A DNA stretch of 33,965 bases from Cellvibrionales bacterium (GTDB lineage: Bacteria; Pseudomonadota; Gammaproteobacteria; Pseudomonadales; UBA7434): NCBI GenBank assembly GCA_018668095.1, contig JABIQF010000096.1, forward strand, positions 1-33,965. The letters are read 5' to 3'. Position 1 is the stretch's first letter; each line of letters begins with the position of its first letter. A program made the position numbers and the translations under genes. The notes beneath the pieces were generated by a model. The model did no database searches and was not told the DNA's origin. It was given only the letters and a program-made list of their open reading frames with translations. Positions 1 through 8,962 of this stretch are shown here, in pieces.

Positions 1-60
1 ATCTCTCTGGAACTGCTGGACAGAAAACACTGCGAGATACACCCGTCGTGGTTAAGCTTC

Positions 61-86
61 GCCGTTAAGCTTACGGCATTTTTTGG
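61..86 (+). terminator. Putative rho-independent terminator of a gene entering from the left edge
   Basis: GCCGT (61-65) pairs with ACGGC (73-77) around a 7-nt loop, followed by ATTTTTTGG. It lies 6 nt after a TAA at 53-55 that closes an ORF running in from the window edge (frame 2). The stem is short, so the call is tentative. Confidence 0.4.
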
Positions 87-200
87 TTACTTTTTTTTGC
101 TGTTGACAGCGTAGTTTGCTGCGCGCCTGCAAGGCGTCCCGTAGGGTGAGCGTAGCGAATACAAAAAGTGACTGGCTGTCGGGCCACCCCCGACGGTCTT
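81..200 (+). repeat. Dispersed intergenic hairpin repeat, copy A, with a 59-bp internal insertion at 104-162
   Basis: TTTTGGTTAC-T8-GCTGT (81-103) and AAAAAGTGACTGGCTGTCGGGCCACCCCCGACGGTCTT (163-200) match the reverse complement of 33901-33965. The only differences are homopolymer length, one 1-nt indel and one mismatch. It contains the hairpin GTCGGG-N5-CCCGAC. Confidence 0.8.
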
Positions 201-358
201 AATAGAACACCTAAACAAACCAATCAGAAAAATGAGTATCGGATTAACATTAAGAACAACCCCGACGCCTTTGACCTTAAAACTTAAAAAAAATCATAAA
301 CTCAAATACAAAACAAACCTGCCTACCCACTAAAAACCTATCCTTTCCCCTCACCCAT

Positions 359-391
359 AAAAAAACCCAACAACTTTCGTCACTGGGTTTT
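359..391 (-). terminator. Putative rho-independent terminator downstream of the TPR gene and TonB operon
   Basis: The minus strand reads AAAACCCA-(14 nt loop)-TGGGTTTT followed by TTTA, giving seven T in a row including the stem. It sits about 70 nt after the stop at 463. The stem is AT-rich with a CCC/GGG core. Confidence 0.45.
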
Positions 392-462
392 CAAACTCGC
401 CAAGCATCAAAAAACTCCTCAGCGGGACACATCAATCAGCCAAACTAAAAACCAATCAAAAA

Positions 463-1863
463 CTAAACCTTCTTACAAGTCGCCAATTTCGCACCATTCG
501 CAACTAACTTACGACGTCGATCACCTTCAGCCGCAACATAACGCTTCCAGCTTCGAGCACCCTTCTCAGTCTTCTTAAACTTTGACGCCTTAGAAAATGA
601 CTTCTCTGCATCTTTGTAACAATGCAAAGATTGCTCAGCAGTACCACGATTCATCCAAGCTAAATCTTCACGCTTAAGCTTACCCTTCTTAATCGCATTA
701 CGCGCAGCAAGTAAAGCCTTCTCATTCTCGTTCAAGTTAAGATACACACCCGCAAGGCGTGACCAAGCATTACCGTCAGAAGACTTCTTAGCCGCCTCTT
801 CTAGAATAGGCGAGGCTTTTAGATATTCTTGTGCACGCTGATAAGATGAACCCAGTAAAGTAAGATTCTTTTCCGTTCGCTCAACTATCTCTTCCTTCAT
901 CGCTTTTTCAATTACTTGAGCAGCGCGATAAGGAATATCAATTGCTAAATATTGATAAGCAAGCGCAATAAACTGCTTCTCTTTATCCAAACCATTTTGT
1001 AAGTACGTTACTTCTAAAGCCATTAATTCTTTTTGAGTTTGCTCTAAAGCACCATACATAGCCGATAACTGCTTCCAATATTTGATCTTTGGATAATGCG
1101 TTAACAGACGATTACTGACTTTAATCGTCGCTTTATAATTGTCTTTTTCATAATAAAGAGCCCATTGAAAATTCAACCAATTCTCTTTTGGAACAAGACC
1201 AGCAACAATTGCCTCTTCTACAACTTCTTCGACTAAATTTAATGCATCAGCTTTTCTTTCTAACTGATAATAACCCCGAGCCAGTAATATTTTACCACCG
1301 GGATCAACAATCGCTGCTTCAGCCATCCATAACTCAAGCTGCTCAACCGCTCGTTTATAATCATCATTAACAAATAATAACTGCGCTACGGTATAACGTG
1401 TATTGGTACGCTGCTGTGGATCAGCTTCTGGCTCATTCACTAACGCCAAGTAAGCCTTAATAGATAATTGAATTTTGTCTTGCGCGTAATAAACATAACC
1501 CAAATAACGATTCACCTGAGAATATTCAAAGCCTTCTGAACAGCCACGTTTAAAAGCACCCAACAATTCAGCTTCAGCACCCGCCCAATCTTCGGCTTCA
1601 GTGAACTCTTGTACTTTAGTGAGCTTTTTAGCACAGCTTGTACCTACAGCCTTACGACGCTGAGAAACCGCATTTTTATATTTAAGCTGCGCTTCTTTTT
1701 CAGCCTTGGTTAGTTTCTTTTCCTTCTCCGCAGCAACGACAGCGCTTACACCAAAACCCGTGCTATCTGTCGATACGCTAACAACAACCGTTGCCATTAG
1801 GAATAAGCAAGTCGATATGCAAAACCGACTCAACCAACCCACATTTAATTGCTTTAAAACCAT
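463..1863 (-). CDS. Tetratricopeptide-repeat protein, last gene of a TonB2-type cluster (TtpD-like)
   Basis: 466-aa ORF with an N-terminal hydrophobic signal or anchor (CISTCLFLMATVVVSV). The body is helical and TPR-like, with repeated A/Y/L-rich 34-aa-type units. It lies just downstream of tonB on the same strand, the arrangement seen in Vibrio TonB2 clusters. Confidence 0.8.
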   Translation of the reverse strand: MVLKQLNVGWLSRFCISTCLFLMATVVVSVSTDSTGFGVSAVVAAEKEKKLTKAEKEAQLKYKNAVSQRRKAVGTSCAKKLTKVQEFTEAEDWAGAEAELLGAFKRGCSEGFEYSQVNRYLGYVYYAQDKIQLSIKAYLALVNEPEADPQQRTNTRYTVAQLLFVNDDYKRAVEQLELWMAEAAIVDPGGKILLARGYYQLERKADALNLVEEVVEEAIVAGLVPKENWLNFQWALYYEKDNYKATIKVSNRLLTHYPKIKYWKQLSAMYGALEQTQKELMALEVTYLQNGLDKEKQFIALAYQYLAIDIPYRAAQVIEKAMKEEIVERTEKNLTLLGSSYQRAQEYLKASPILEEAAKKSSDGNAWSRLAGVYLNLNENEKALLAARNAIKKGKLKREDLAWMNRGTAEQSLHCYKDAEKSFSKASKFKKTEKGARSWKRYVAAEGDRRRKLVANGAKLATCKKV

Positions 1864-1978
1864 AATCCCACTCTACCTTACTCTAAACTTTTGCCATTCC
1901 GATTTACTTCTGCCGCTATCAATACAATCTTAGCGATTTATAAAAAATCGAAAATTATCGAAAAATTTAACCGATGGA

Positions 1979-2596
1979 CTATCTACCGTCTGAGAATCCA
2001 GCAAAAGTAAATTTATATAAAACACCTGGCACTTCAACGGCAATACCGTTAATGACACGTGGGTTATATTTTAATTTCTCTGCTGCCTTTAATGCTGATT
2101 TACCAAAGCCGTAATTTTCTGGCCATTCTTCTAATAATTTAACATCACGCACACCGCCGGCTTCGGTCACTACAACCTCAACAACCGCATAACCAGTTTT
2201 ACCCGCTTTCTCGGCACGAGAAGGATAGCGAGGCTTAGGAACATAAACAGGAATAAAATCAGTATCGCGACTAAAGCCACCCTGCAAACCAATATCAGGA
2301 TTAAACTTGCCAGCACCTGCAGATATGTTTAACGCATTATCAGGTGTATCAATTTCTATATCTTGCGCTTCCAATTCTGGCGGAGGAGCCTCAACTTCAT
2401 CTGGCTTTTCAGGGAGCTCTTCATCTAACTTCGCTTCAATTTCCGTATCCGGCATATTAAAGTCAGCAATTTTAACACCGCTATCTCGATCTAAATCAGG
2501 ATCGCCCATATCGATCAACGCACTCATTAACACAAAAAGTGCAAAAGCGATGAGCAAACCAAGCAGCATGCTGCCGCCTAAACGTATCACTTGCAT
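1979..2596 (-). CDS. tonB: Energy transducer TonB
   Basis: 205 aa with an N-terminal TM helix (LLGLLIAFALFVLMSALI) and an acidic, Pro-rich spacer (EELPEKPDEVEAPPPELE). The C-terminal TonB domain is recognisable (YPSRAEKAGKTGYAVVEVVVTEAGGV...KYNPRVINGIAV). It follows exbD directly. Confidence 0.9.
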   Translation of the reverse strand: MQVIRLGGSMLLGLLIAFALFVLMSALIDMGDPDLDRDSGVKIADFNMPDTEIEAKLDEELPEKPDEVEAPPPELEAQDIEIDTPDNALNISAGAGKFNPDIGLQGGFSRDTDFIPVYVPKPRYPSRAEKAGKTGYAVVEVVVTEAGGVRDVKLLEEWPENYGFGKSALKAAEKLKYNPRVINGIAVEVPGVLYKFTFAGFSDGR

Positions 2597-2609
2597 TATT
2601 GCTTTCCCC

Positions 2610-3020
2610 TTACTTCGGATCGGTCGCTAGGTGAATATCGACAACACCAGCTTCTTTAGCGGCATCCCACACTAACGCATAAGTCGCTGCGTTAGATTGA
2701 CCATCTGCCTGAATAACTACCGCACCCAGAGGGTTGTCAGCATGAATACGCTCGACGACAGTTTTAACTGCACGCTCATCAATTTTTTTACGGTCAATCC
2801 AAATCGCATTTTTTGCATCAATTGCAATTAATACATTCTGGTTTTTAACCTGCTCACGTTTATCAGTCGATGGACGCGTCACTTCAACGCCTGGCTCTTT
2901 AATAAATACAGCAGTCACAATAAAAAAGATCAACATGATAAATACAACGTCAAGCATTGGCGTGAGATCAATCTCACCCCCGTCTTGATTCGCTCTGGCT
3001 GCAACACCTCTCTTAGCCAT
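2610..3020 (-). CDS. exbD: Biopolymer transport protein ExbD/TolR
   Basis: 136 aa with the typical EIDLTPMLDVVFIMLIFFIV N-terminal TM motif and a periplasmic domain. It lies between exbB and tonB. Confidence 0.9.
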   Translation of the reverse strand: MAKRGVAARANQDGGEIDLTPMLDVVFIMLIFFIVTAVFIKEPGVEVTRPSTDKREQVKNQNVLIAIDAKNAIWIDRKKIDERAVKTVVERIHADNPLGAVVIQADGQSNAATYALVWDAAKEAGVVDIHLATDPK

Positions 3021-3089
3021 ACCTTTTCGATCCTGAATAATTTTCTAATGAATCTTGCTTATGTAACCAACGCAGCTAATAAAAATTTA

Positions 3090-3117
3090 CGCCATTAACG
3101 TTTAACCGTTAATGGCG
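3090..3117 (-). terminator. Intercistronic perfect hairpin between exbB and exbD (possible partial terminator or mRNA-stability element)
   Basis: CGCCATTAACG (3090-3100) and CGTTAATGGCG (3107-3117) form an 11-bp perfect stem with a 6-nt loop. It starts 7 nt after the exbB stop. On the minus strand it is followed by TAAATTTTTATT. Confidence 0.5.
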
Positions 3118-3123
3118 AACACA

Positions 3124-3651
3124 TTATTTATCAGAAGTTAACTGGTCTTCTAGTAATGAACTTTCGCGCTCAACAATACGCATCAAGTAAGCCTGTGCAA
3201 ACACACCAGACAATGCAGCTACCATTCCCGCCATCGTTGGCACAGTGGCTTTAGAAACACCGCCTGCCATTGATTTAGGGTCGCCACCGCCGGTCACAGC
3301 CATAACATGAAATACTTCGATCATACCGGTAACCGTACCCAGTAAGCCGAGCATTGGCGCCAAGGCAACTAGCGTTTTAATTAACGCCATATTTTGATTA
3401 ATTTTGATAACGGCTTCAGAAATTAACGCTTCACGAATGCGGCGCGCATACCAAGAGTGCCGCTCAGTACGACTCTCCCATTCAGCAACAACCACATCCA
3501 TGTCGTTTCTTAAATCCGTAGCGAAATAAAATACTCGCTCAAAGATTAGGCTCCACATTAAAAACAGCAGACCACCAATCAGGAGCAATACGGGCCCGCC
3601 CATATCGACAAAGTCGAGGACGACACCCAATGCTTCTGTAATAAACTGCAT
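3124..3651 (-). CDS. exbB: MotA/TolQ/ExbB proton-channel protein (short ExbB)
   Basis: 175 aa with three TM segments and the conserved LGLLGTVTGMIEVF motif. It lies upstream of exbD. Confidence 0.9.
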   Translation of the reverse strand: MQFITEALGVVLDFVDMGGPVLLLIGGLLFLMWSLIFERVFYFATDLRNDMDVVVAEWESRTERHSWYARRIREALISEAVIKINQNMALIKTLVALAPMLGLLGTVTGMIEVFHVMAVTGGGDPKSMAGGVSKATVPTMAGMVAALSGVFAQAYLMRIVERESSLLEDQLTSDK

Positions 3652-3671
3652 ATCAGTCTTCCCTTGTTACT

Positions 3672-5054
3672 TTATTTGCTTTCGGCGTTGCGCGCGATAA
3701 TACCGGCAGCTTGCTCTTCAAGCACATGAATAACACGTTTTGCGCGGCCACTAACAATGGTATGCGCAAGCAAAGTTGGGATAGCAACGATCAAACCTAA
3801 TACCGTCGTAATCAATGCACTCGAAATACCGCTAGCCATTGTCTTCGGATCGCCGGCACCAAATATAGTGATAGCTTGGAAGGTAATGATCATACCGGTT
3901 ACTGTTCCCAGTAGACCCAGTAACGGTGCCACTGCAGCAATAATCTTAATTAAGGTGAGTGAATTCTCTAAGTTAGGAATCTCTTTAAGAACGGCTTCAT
4001 TTAATTTCAACTCAAGCGACTCAGTATCCATATTTGGATTTTCATCGGCAACAACCAATACACGACCCAATGGGTTATTTGTATTAGCGACTGTTGATTT
4101 CAACTGCGCATTCACTTTAGCGCCAATCGCTGTTAACACGACAAAGCGCCAAGCAGCAATTAACATTGCGATAATACCAACAGCCGTAATGACATAACCG
4201 ACTTGGCGACCTTGATGCCAGCGCTCAGTCAATGTTGGCGTATCAATAAATGCAGCTAATAAGCTACCGCCAGTTGGGCCAGTTGGATCAACACCAAAGC
4301 GACCATAGCCTTCAGTTGAGTTGGCAAGATCTTCTGCCCAACCCACAAAAGAGCTGGCTGGCTGACGAGGAAGAATCGACAAAGCATCATCTGAATACTT
4401 TAGATACTGACCGTCAGTTGTCACAATATTAAAAGAACCCACACGAACAACATCCGCTTGAATCTCGTCACCCGCTGGTGTTGCAACCGTCGTGTTGTAT
4501 TGAACAATACGACCCGACTCAATCATTTCACGCTGCAGCTCAAACCAAACACGCTCAATTTCTGCAATCGTTGGTAATGCATCACCTTTCAGCTTTTCAA
4601 TTAAGTCCGTTAAGAACTCACCACGATTCGGATATTCAGTACTGACTAAAGACGTATTAAAGTTTTCACGCATATCGCCAGCAGCTGAATTGATATGACC
4701 AAACAGTTCGTTTAAAGAACCTTTAGCCTCATTCAATGCCTCACGCTTAACAATAATTTTTTCTTTGTTTTGCTCAAAGATTTTTTCAAGACGTGTCGAA
4801 CGCGCTTCTTCACGGGTGCGTGTTTGCTCCGCTTTTTTCAACAAATCAGCTTGTTGGTTTTTGTCATTCAAAAAGCGTGCTTCACGCTCTTTGTTCTGAC
4901 GCGCTTCATTAACCTTACCCTGCTTAACATACTCAAGCAGCTGATCAAGAGACTGAGCGCTATCTTGTGCTAACGCAGCTGAAGATAATGTCAGTGAACC
5001 TGCAACAAGTAGCGATAACGGTAGCGCACTCAATTTAGTCATTAAAGTTTTCAT
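3672..5054 (-). CDS. Long MotA/TolQ/ExbB-family protein with a large N-terminal periplasmic/coiled-coil domain (TtpC-like)
   Basis: 460 aa with a signal peptide (LSLLVAGSLTLSSAALA), a charged coiled-coil region, and a C-terminal ExbB-type channel domain (APLLGLLGTVTGMIITF). Its ATG overlaps the upstream gene's stop (ATGA at 5051-5054). Confidence 0.85.
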   Translation of the reverse strand: MKTLMTKLSALPLSLLVAGSLTLSSAALAQDSAQSLDQLLEYVKQGKVNEARQNKEREARFLNDKNQQADLLKKAEQTRTREEARSTRLEKIFEQNKEKIIVKREALNEAKGSLNELFGHINSAAGDMRENFNTSLVSTEYPNRGEFLTDLIEKLKGDALPTIAEIERVWFELQREMIESGRIVQYNTTVATPAGDEIQADVVRVGSFNIVTTDGQYLKYSDDALSILPRQPASSFVGWAEDLANSTEGYGRFGVDPTGPTGGSLLAAFIDTPTLTERWHQGRQVGYVITAVGIIAMLIAAWRFVVLTAIGAKVNAQLKSTVANTNNPLGRVLVVADENPNMDTESLELKLNEAVLKEIPNLENSLTLIKIIAAVAPLLGLLGTVTGMIITFQAITIFGAGDPKTMASGISSALITTVLGLIVAIPTLLAHTIVSGRAKRVIHVLEEQAAGIIARNAESK

Positions 5055-5866
5055 TGAGCAGCCTCCGGCGCTGAAATAGGTAATTGCAGAATATCTTTCA
5101 CTGCTTGGTTACGTGCAATACGAATACCCGTATTAATATAACTGCCCCAATCGGATGCATCTAATGCCTCCCATTCGCGAGACTCATTATTCCAACGGCC
5201 AACTTCTTTGCCGTCTTCAGTTTTATACAGCAGTGCAATACGACCGACGCGGAAGATATCCACTTTTCGCTCTTTACCGTCACCGTTGAAGTCAATCGAC
5301 GCATCATATGCCTCAATTTTACGGCCATACTCATTTTCAATTTTGTAAGCTTCTAACACTTGGCGAAAATGCTCTGCAATCGTCTGATTCGACTTATCCA
5401 AATTTCCACGCAAGTTTTCTAAGCGTGTTTGGCGCTCTTCAGCCAAGAAAGGCACGTCTAAAGCAACAAAATTCTCTAGACCGTCAAGCATTTTAATTAG
5501 CAATGGCGTGATTTGGCGCTGAATCACAGTAACCTGTGACATTGCCTTATCAATTTCAGTAATACGCTTTAGCTGATTCTGAATGCGAGCTTCAAGCTGA
5601 GCGTTGTAAACGCGCAAACCTTCAATCTCTTTATTCACTTGCTTATAGCTTTGAAGAAGGGCATCTGTTTTATCAGCAATCCCGTCTATTTTAACTTGTG
5701 ATTTTTGTGCCGCGGCCGCTTTGCTCTGCCCGACTTTAAAGACCTCGTCGAGTTGATCAGCACTGGCTGAAGCCGCATAAAAGCAAACTGAAGAAAAAAT
5801 ACATAAGCCGATACGCGCAACACGCTTAACCGCGCTTGGCATCGGAGAGAAGTAGTTAATAGTCAT
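5051..5866 (-). CDS. DUF3450-type periplasmic coiled-coil protein, first gene of the TonB2-type cluster (TtpB-like)
   Basis: The ORF is open to 5941 (TTG). The ATG at 5866 gives a plausible signal peptide (MTINYFSPMPSAVKRVARIGLCIFSSVCFYAASASA), and an ATG at 5842 is also possible. The N-terminal half is coiled-coil and the C-terminal half resembles DUF3450 (GRIALLYKTEDGKEVGRW). The start is uncertain. Confidence 0.75.
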   Translation of the reverse strand: MTINYFSPMPSAVKRVARIGLCIFSSVCFYAASASADQLDEVFKVGQSKAAAAQKSQVKIDGIADKTDALLQSYKQVNKEIEGLRVYNAQLEARIQNQLKRITEIDKAMSQVTVIQRQITPLLIKMLDGLENFVALDVPFLAEERQTRLENLRGNLDKSNQTIAEHFRQVLEAYKIENEYGRKIEAYDASIDFNGDGKERKVDIFRVGRIALLYKTEDGKEVGRWNNESREWEALDASDWGSYINTGIRIARNQAVKDILQLPISAPEAAQ

Positions 5867-6320
5867 AAGATTCGTATTTCCGAAATTGAGGACGAATTTA
5901 ATAATGCTGTGTTCTAAAAACATTATGACAGCAGCGAGCAAAAAATAATCTACACCACTGACAATAATTTGATGAATCGATAAACAACAGACCGTCCTTT
6001 TAATTCTTTCGGTACATCATCGACAGCCTTGTCGACAGAAATTATGCACCGCTTTAGTTCACCGAAAATACGTTTAAGCTGAATAAATTGTAATCCATAC
6101 AACTGCCCACTTAACGAAGCCGCGCATTTTAATAACATATGCGGTTGCGGCGCAATCTTATTGCCGTTATTAAACGTTAAATTTTCAATAATTTTGGAAA
6201 CATTGCCAAACTGCTTAAACCTTTCAAAGAAAGATGGGTGTTATGAGTAAATTAGTAACACGGTAACACTTTCATGACATATCCAAAACCCGCTCACTAA
6301 CAACTCAATGCGCAATCCAT

Positions 6321-7115
6321 CTAAACCGCTATTGGCGCAGCAATATGAGGATGATGCTGATAATCCTGCAATTCAAAATCATCAAAACTAAAAGCAAACA
6401 AATCATCAATATCAGGATTAATCGTCATAGTTGGCAGCGCCATTGGCGAGCGCTGCAACTGAAGCTCGACTTGATCCATATGATTAGCGTATAAATGCGC
6501 ATCACCAAATGTGTGGACGAAATCGCCAGGTTTAAGACCTAAAACCTGCGCCATCATCATAGTAAGCAGTGCATAAGAGCCAATATTGAACGGCACGCCC
6601 AAGAAAATATCGGCACTTCGCTGATACAACTGACACGACAACTTGCCTTCAGCAATATAAAACTGGAACATCGTATGACAAGGCGGCAAGGCCATTTCTT
6701 CAATACAGGCGACATTCCAAGCCGAAACAATATGACGACGAGAATCGGGAGACTCTTTTAATTGTGTCATTAACTGCTGTACTTGATCGATATGACGACC
6801 ATCACCTGTAGGCCATGAACGCCACTGATAACCATACACAGGACCTAACTCACCCTCTTCATCTGCCCACTCATTCCAAATAGATACGCCATTCTCTTTA
6901 AGGTAAGCAATATTAGTATTACCCGAAAGAAACCAAAGTAACTCGTGGATTATCGATTTTAAATGGAGTTTTTTAGTGGTGACTGCAGGAAAGCCCTTAG
7001 AAAGGTCAAAGCGCATTTGATGGCCGAATACACTGTAAGTACCTGTGCCCGTTCTATCAGGCTTAAAAACACCCTCATCACGAACGTGACGCATTAAATC
7101 AAGATATTGCTGCAT
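6321..7115 (-). CDS. thyA: Thymidylate synthase
   Basis: 264 aa with near-canonical ThyA motifs: [33 protein letters not shown]-like, and the C-terminal APIAV. Confidence 0.97.
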   Translation of the reverse strand: MQQYLDLMRHVRDEGVFKPDRTGTGTYSVFGHQMRFDLSKGFPAVTTKKLHLKSIIHELLWFLSGNTNIAYLKENGVSIWNEWADEEGELGPVYGYQWRSWPTGDGRHIDQVQQLMTQLKESPDSRRHIVSAWNVACIEEMALPPCHTMFQFYIAEGKLSCQLYQRSADIFLGVPFNIGSYALLTMMMAQVLGLKPGDFVHTFGDAHLYANHMDQVELQLQRSPMALPTMTINPDIDDLFAFSFDDFELQDYQHHPHIAAPIAV

Positions 7116-7198
7116 AAATTCTAACGCTTCTTATTTCTGTTAATTGAAGGCGAGCTTGGCTTGCCCAAGTTATTGCTCTGTGTTTATCGACTCGCTAC

Positions 7199-8101
7199 TT
7201 ATCGACTCTTTGTTTTTTTGCTCTTTGTCTTTTTTGTCTTTAATTTCTTAGCAGCTGTTTTAGCCACTCCTTTAACGTTTGAGCTAGAGGAAGCAAGACC
7301 ATGATCAATAAAGCGTCGATCATTTTGATTAAAGTAATAATAACTCAATGCTATCATAGCCGCACCACCGATAATCATCGGCAGTGATAAAAACTGCCCT
7401 CTCGTCATCCAATCTAAAAATAATGAGGCATCGGGCTCACGGAAAAACTCGACGGCATAACGTGCCACGCCATAGCCAAGCAAAAATACGCCCGAAGCTG
7501 CCCATGCAGGACGACGAATACGCGTAAAGCCATAAATAAGAACAAATAGCACAACACCCTCAAGGAAGCACTGATACAGCTGTGAGGGATGACGAGGAAT
7601 GGCCAGACTATCACTCGGAAAGACCATTGCCCAAGATACATCTGTTGCACGACCATACAGCTCAGCATTAATAAAATTAGCCATACGCCCCAAACCCAAA
7701 CCTATAGGCGCAAGTGGCGCAACAAAATCGCAAACCTCACCTAACGGCCTGCCTAGCTTACGCGCATAAATAATGAGCGCCAAAAACACGCCAAGTAGCC
7801 CGCCATGAAAAGCCATACCGCCTTCCCATACACGAAACAACCATAACGGATCTGTTAGAAAACGATCGAAGCCATAAAAAAACACATAACCAACGCGACC
7901 GCCCAACACGGCGCCCAAAGCACTTGTAAATACAAGGTCCTCGACCTGCTCAGGCAAAAGAGGAGACCATGCTTGTCGCGCCCTTTTACGGCCAATTAAA
8001 TAGGCAGCAACAAAACCAAACAGATACATCATGCCGTACCAGCGCAAGCTAATAGGACCAATCGAAAAAATAATGGGGTCTATAGAAGGATACTGCAACA
8101 T
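7199..8101 (-). CDS. lgt: Prolipoprotein diacylglyceryl transferase with a Lys-rich C-terminal tail
   Basis: 300 aa. Lgt motifs are present (LRWYGMMYLFGF, GGRxGYV, HGGLLG, HPSQLY). It sits next to thyA as in E. coli and Pseudomonas. The last ~30 residues are low-complexity (KKLKTKKTKSKKTKSR). Confidence 0.95.
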   Translation of the reverse strand: MLQYPSIDPIIFSIGPISLRWYGMMYLFGFVAAYLIGRKRARQAWSPLLPEQVEDLVFTSALGAVLGGRVGYVFFYGFDRFLTDPLWLFRVWEGGMAFHGGLLGVFLALIIYARKLGRPLGEVCDFVAPLAPIGLGLGRMANFINAELYGRATDVSWAMVFPSDSLAIPRHPSQLYQCFLEGVVLFVLIYGFTRIRRPAWAASGVFLLGYGVARYAVEFFREPDASLFLDWMTRGQFLSLPMIIGGAAMIALSYYYFNQNDRRFIDHGLASSSSNVKGVAKTAAKKLKTKKTKSKKTKSR

Positions 8102-8165
8102 AAGCTATTCCAAATCAGTGCTAAACCGCCGATCAAAGCGCCTCATCACATTAAATACCATTAAG

Positions 8166-8954
8166 CTAATGCGTTAGTAATAACTGTAAGCCAATCAAAA
8201 ACAGTAACAACGCAAAGCTACGCTTTAAAATTTTATCGGCTACTCGCTCAGCCAGCATGGCACCCATACGCGTAAAAGGTATGCTCGCTATGGCAACACC
8301 CACAAACGCCGGCCAATAAATATACCCGGTTGCTAACGACGGCAAGCCGCTAACACTTAAACCTTTAACGCCGTATGCCAAAGCACCAAACACCGCGATA
8401 GGAAAACCACAAGCCGACGACGTCGCCACGGCTCGTTTCATGACTTGATTGCAAGCCGCCAAAAAAGGCACTGTTAACGAGCCACCACCAATACCAAAAA
8501 AAGCACTCGCGCCGCCAATCACTACGCCACTACTCACCAGTACTGAACGACGCGGCAAGCCAAACAAAGCCCGAGGCTGTAGCGCAAAAAACATTTGGAC
8601 GGCAACCAACATTAAAAATACAGCAATGGCTAATTGTAAATGACGGCCTGCCAGCTCAGTAGCGATTACAGCACCGAGTACAACGCCAACAATTAAACCC
8701 GGCGCCATAGACTTAACCACCAACCAATTAACATTACCTAAACGATGATGTGCAGAGACTGAACCAAAAGAAGTCACGACAATAATTGCGAAGGATGTTC
8801 CGATCGCTAAATGAGTCAGCAACCCTGCCTCAAATCCTTGTTGAGAAAAAATTAAAATTAAAATAGGCACAATAATAGCGCCGCCGCCAACACCAAATAA
8901 ACCAGCTAACAATCCTGCAAAGGCGCCAACGATTAAAAATAATAACCAATCCAT
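8166..8954 (-). CDS. TSUP-family (TauE/SafE-like) anion exporter membrane protein
   Basis: 262-aa polytopic membrane protein with the duplicated G-rich TSUP motifs (GLFGVGGGAIIVP and FFGIGGGSLTVP). Confidence 0.85.
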   Translation of the reverse strand: MDWLLFLIVGAFAGLLAGLFGVGGGAIIVPILILIFSQQGFEAGLLTHLAIGTSFAIIVVTSFGSVSAHHRLGNVNWLVVKSMAPGLIVGVVLGAVIATELAGRHLQLAIAVFLMLVAVQMFFALQPRALFGLPRRSVLVSSGVVIGGASAFFGIGGGSLTVPFLAACNQVMKRAVATSSACGFPIAVFGALAYGVKGLSVSGLPSLATGYIYWPAFVGVAIASIPFTRMGAMLAERVADKILKRSFALLLFLIGLQLLLTH

Positions 8955-8962
8955 TAAGCCAT

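Noticed and set aside
3757-4197. 146-aa plus-strand ORF antisense to the TtpC-like gene. The same applies to 2307-2630, 1188-1370, 1706-1933, 4250-4432 and 4770-4973.
   Set aside because: These are shadow ORFs fully embedded opposite strongly supported genes. Their low-complexity composition mirrors the sense codons, and none has an SD.
5950-6138. 62-aa ORF on the minus strand between thyA and the TonB cluster.
   Set aside because: It has no Shine-Dalgarno and no recognisable motif, and it lies in AT-rich intergenic DNA. It is most likely a chance ORF.
5867-6320. Fur box or sRNA in the 450-bp non-coding region upstream of the TonB2-type operon.
   Set aside because: The best 19-mer I could align by eye (GATTCATCAAATTATTGTC on the minus strand, about 5962-5980) matches the Fur consensus at only 11/19. 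I saw no clear promoter-plus-terminator pair for an sRNA. Only a PWM scan or transcript data would settle it.
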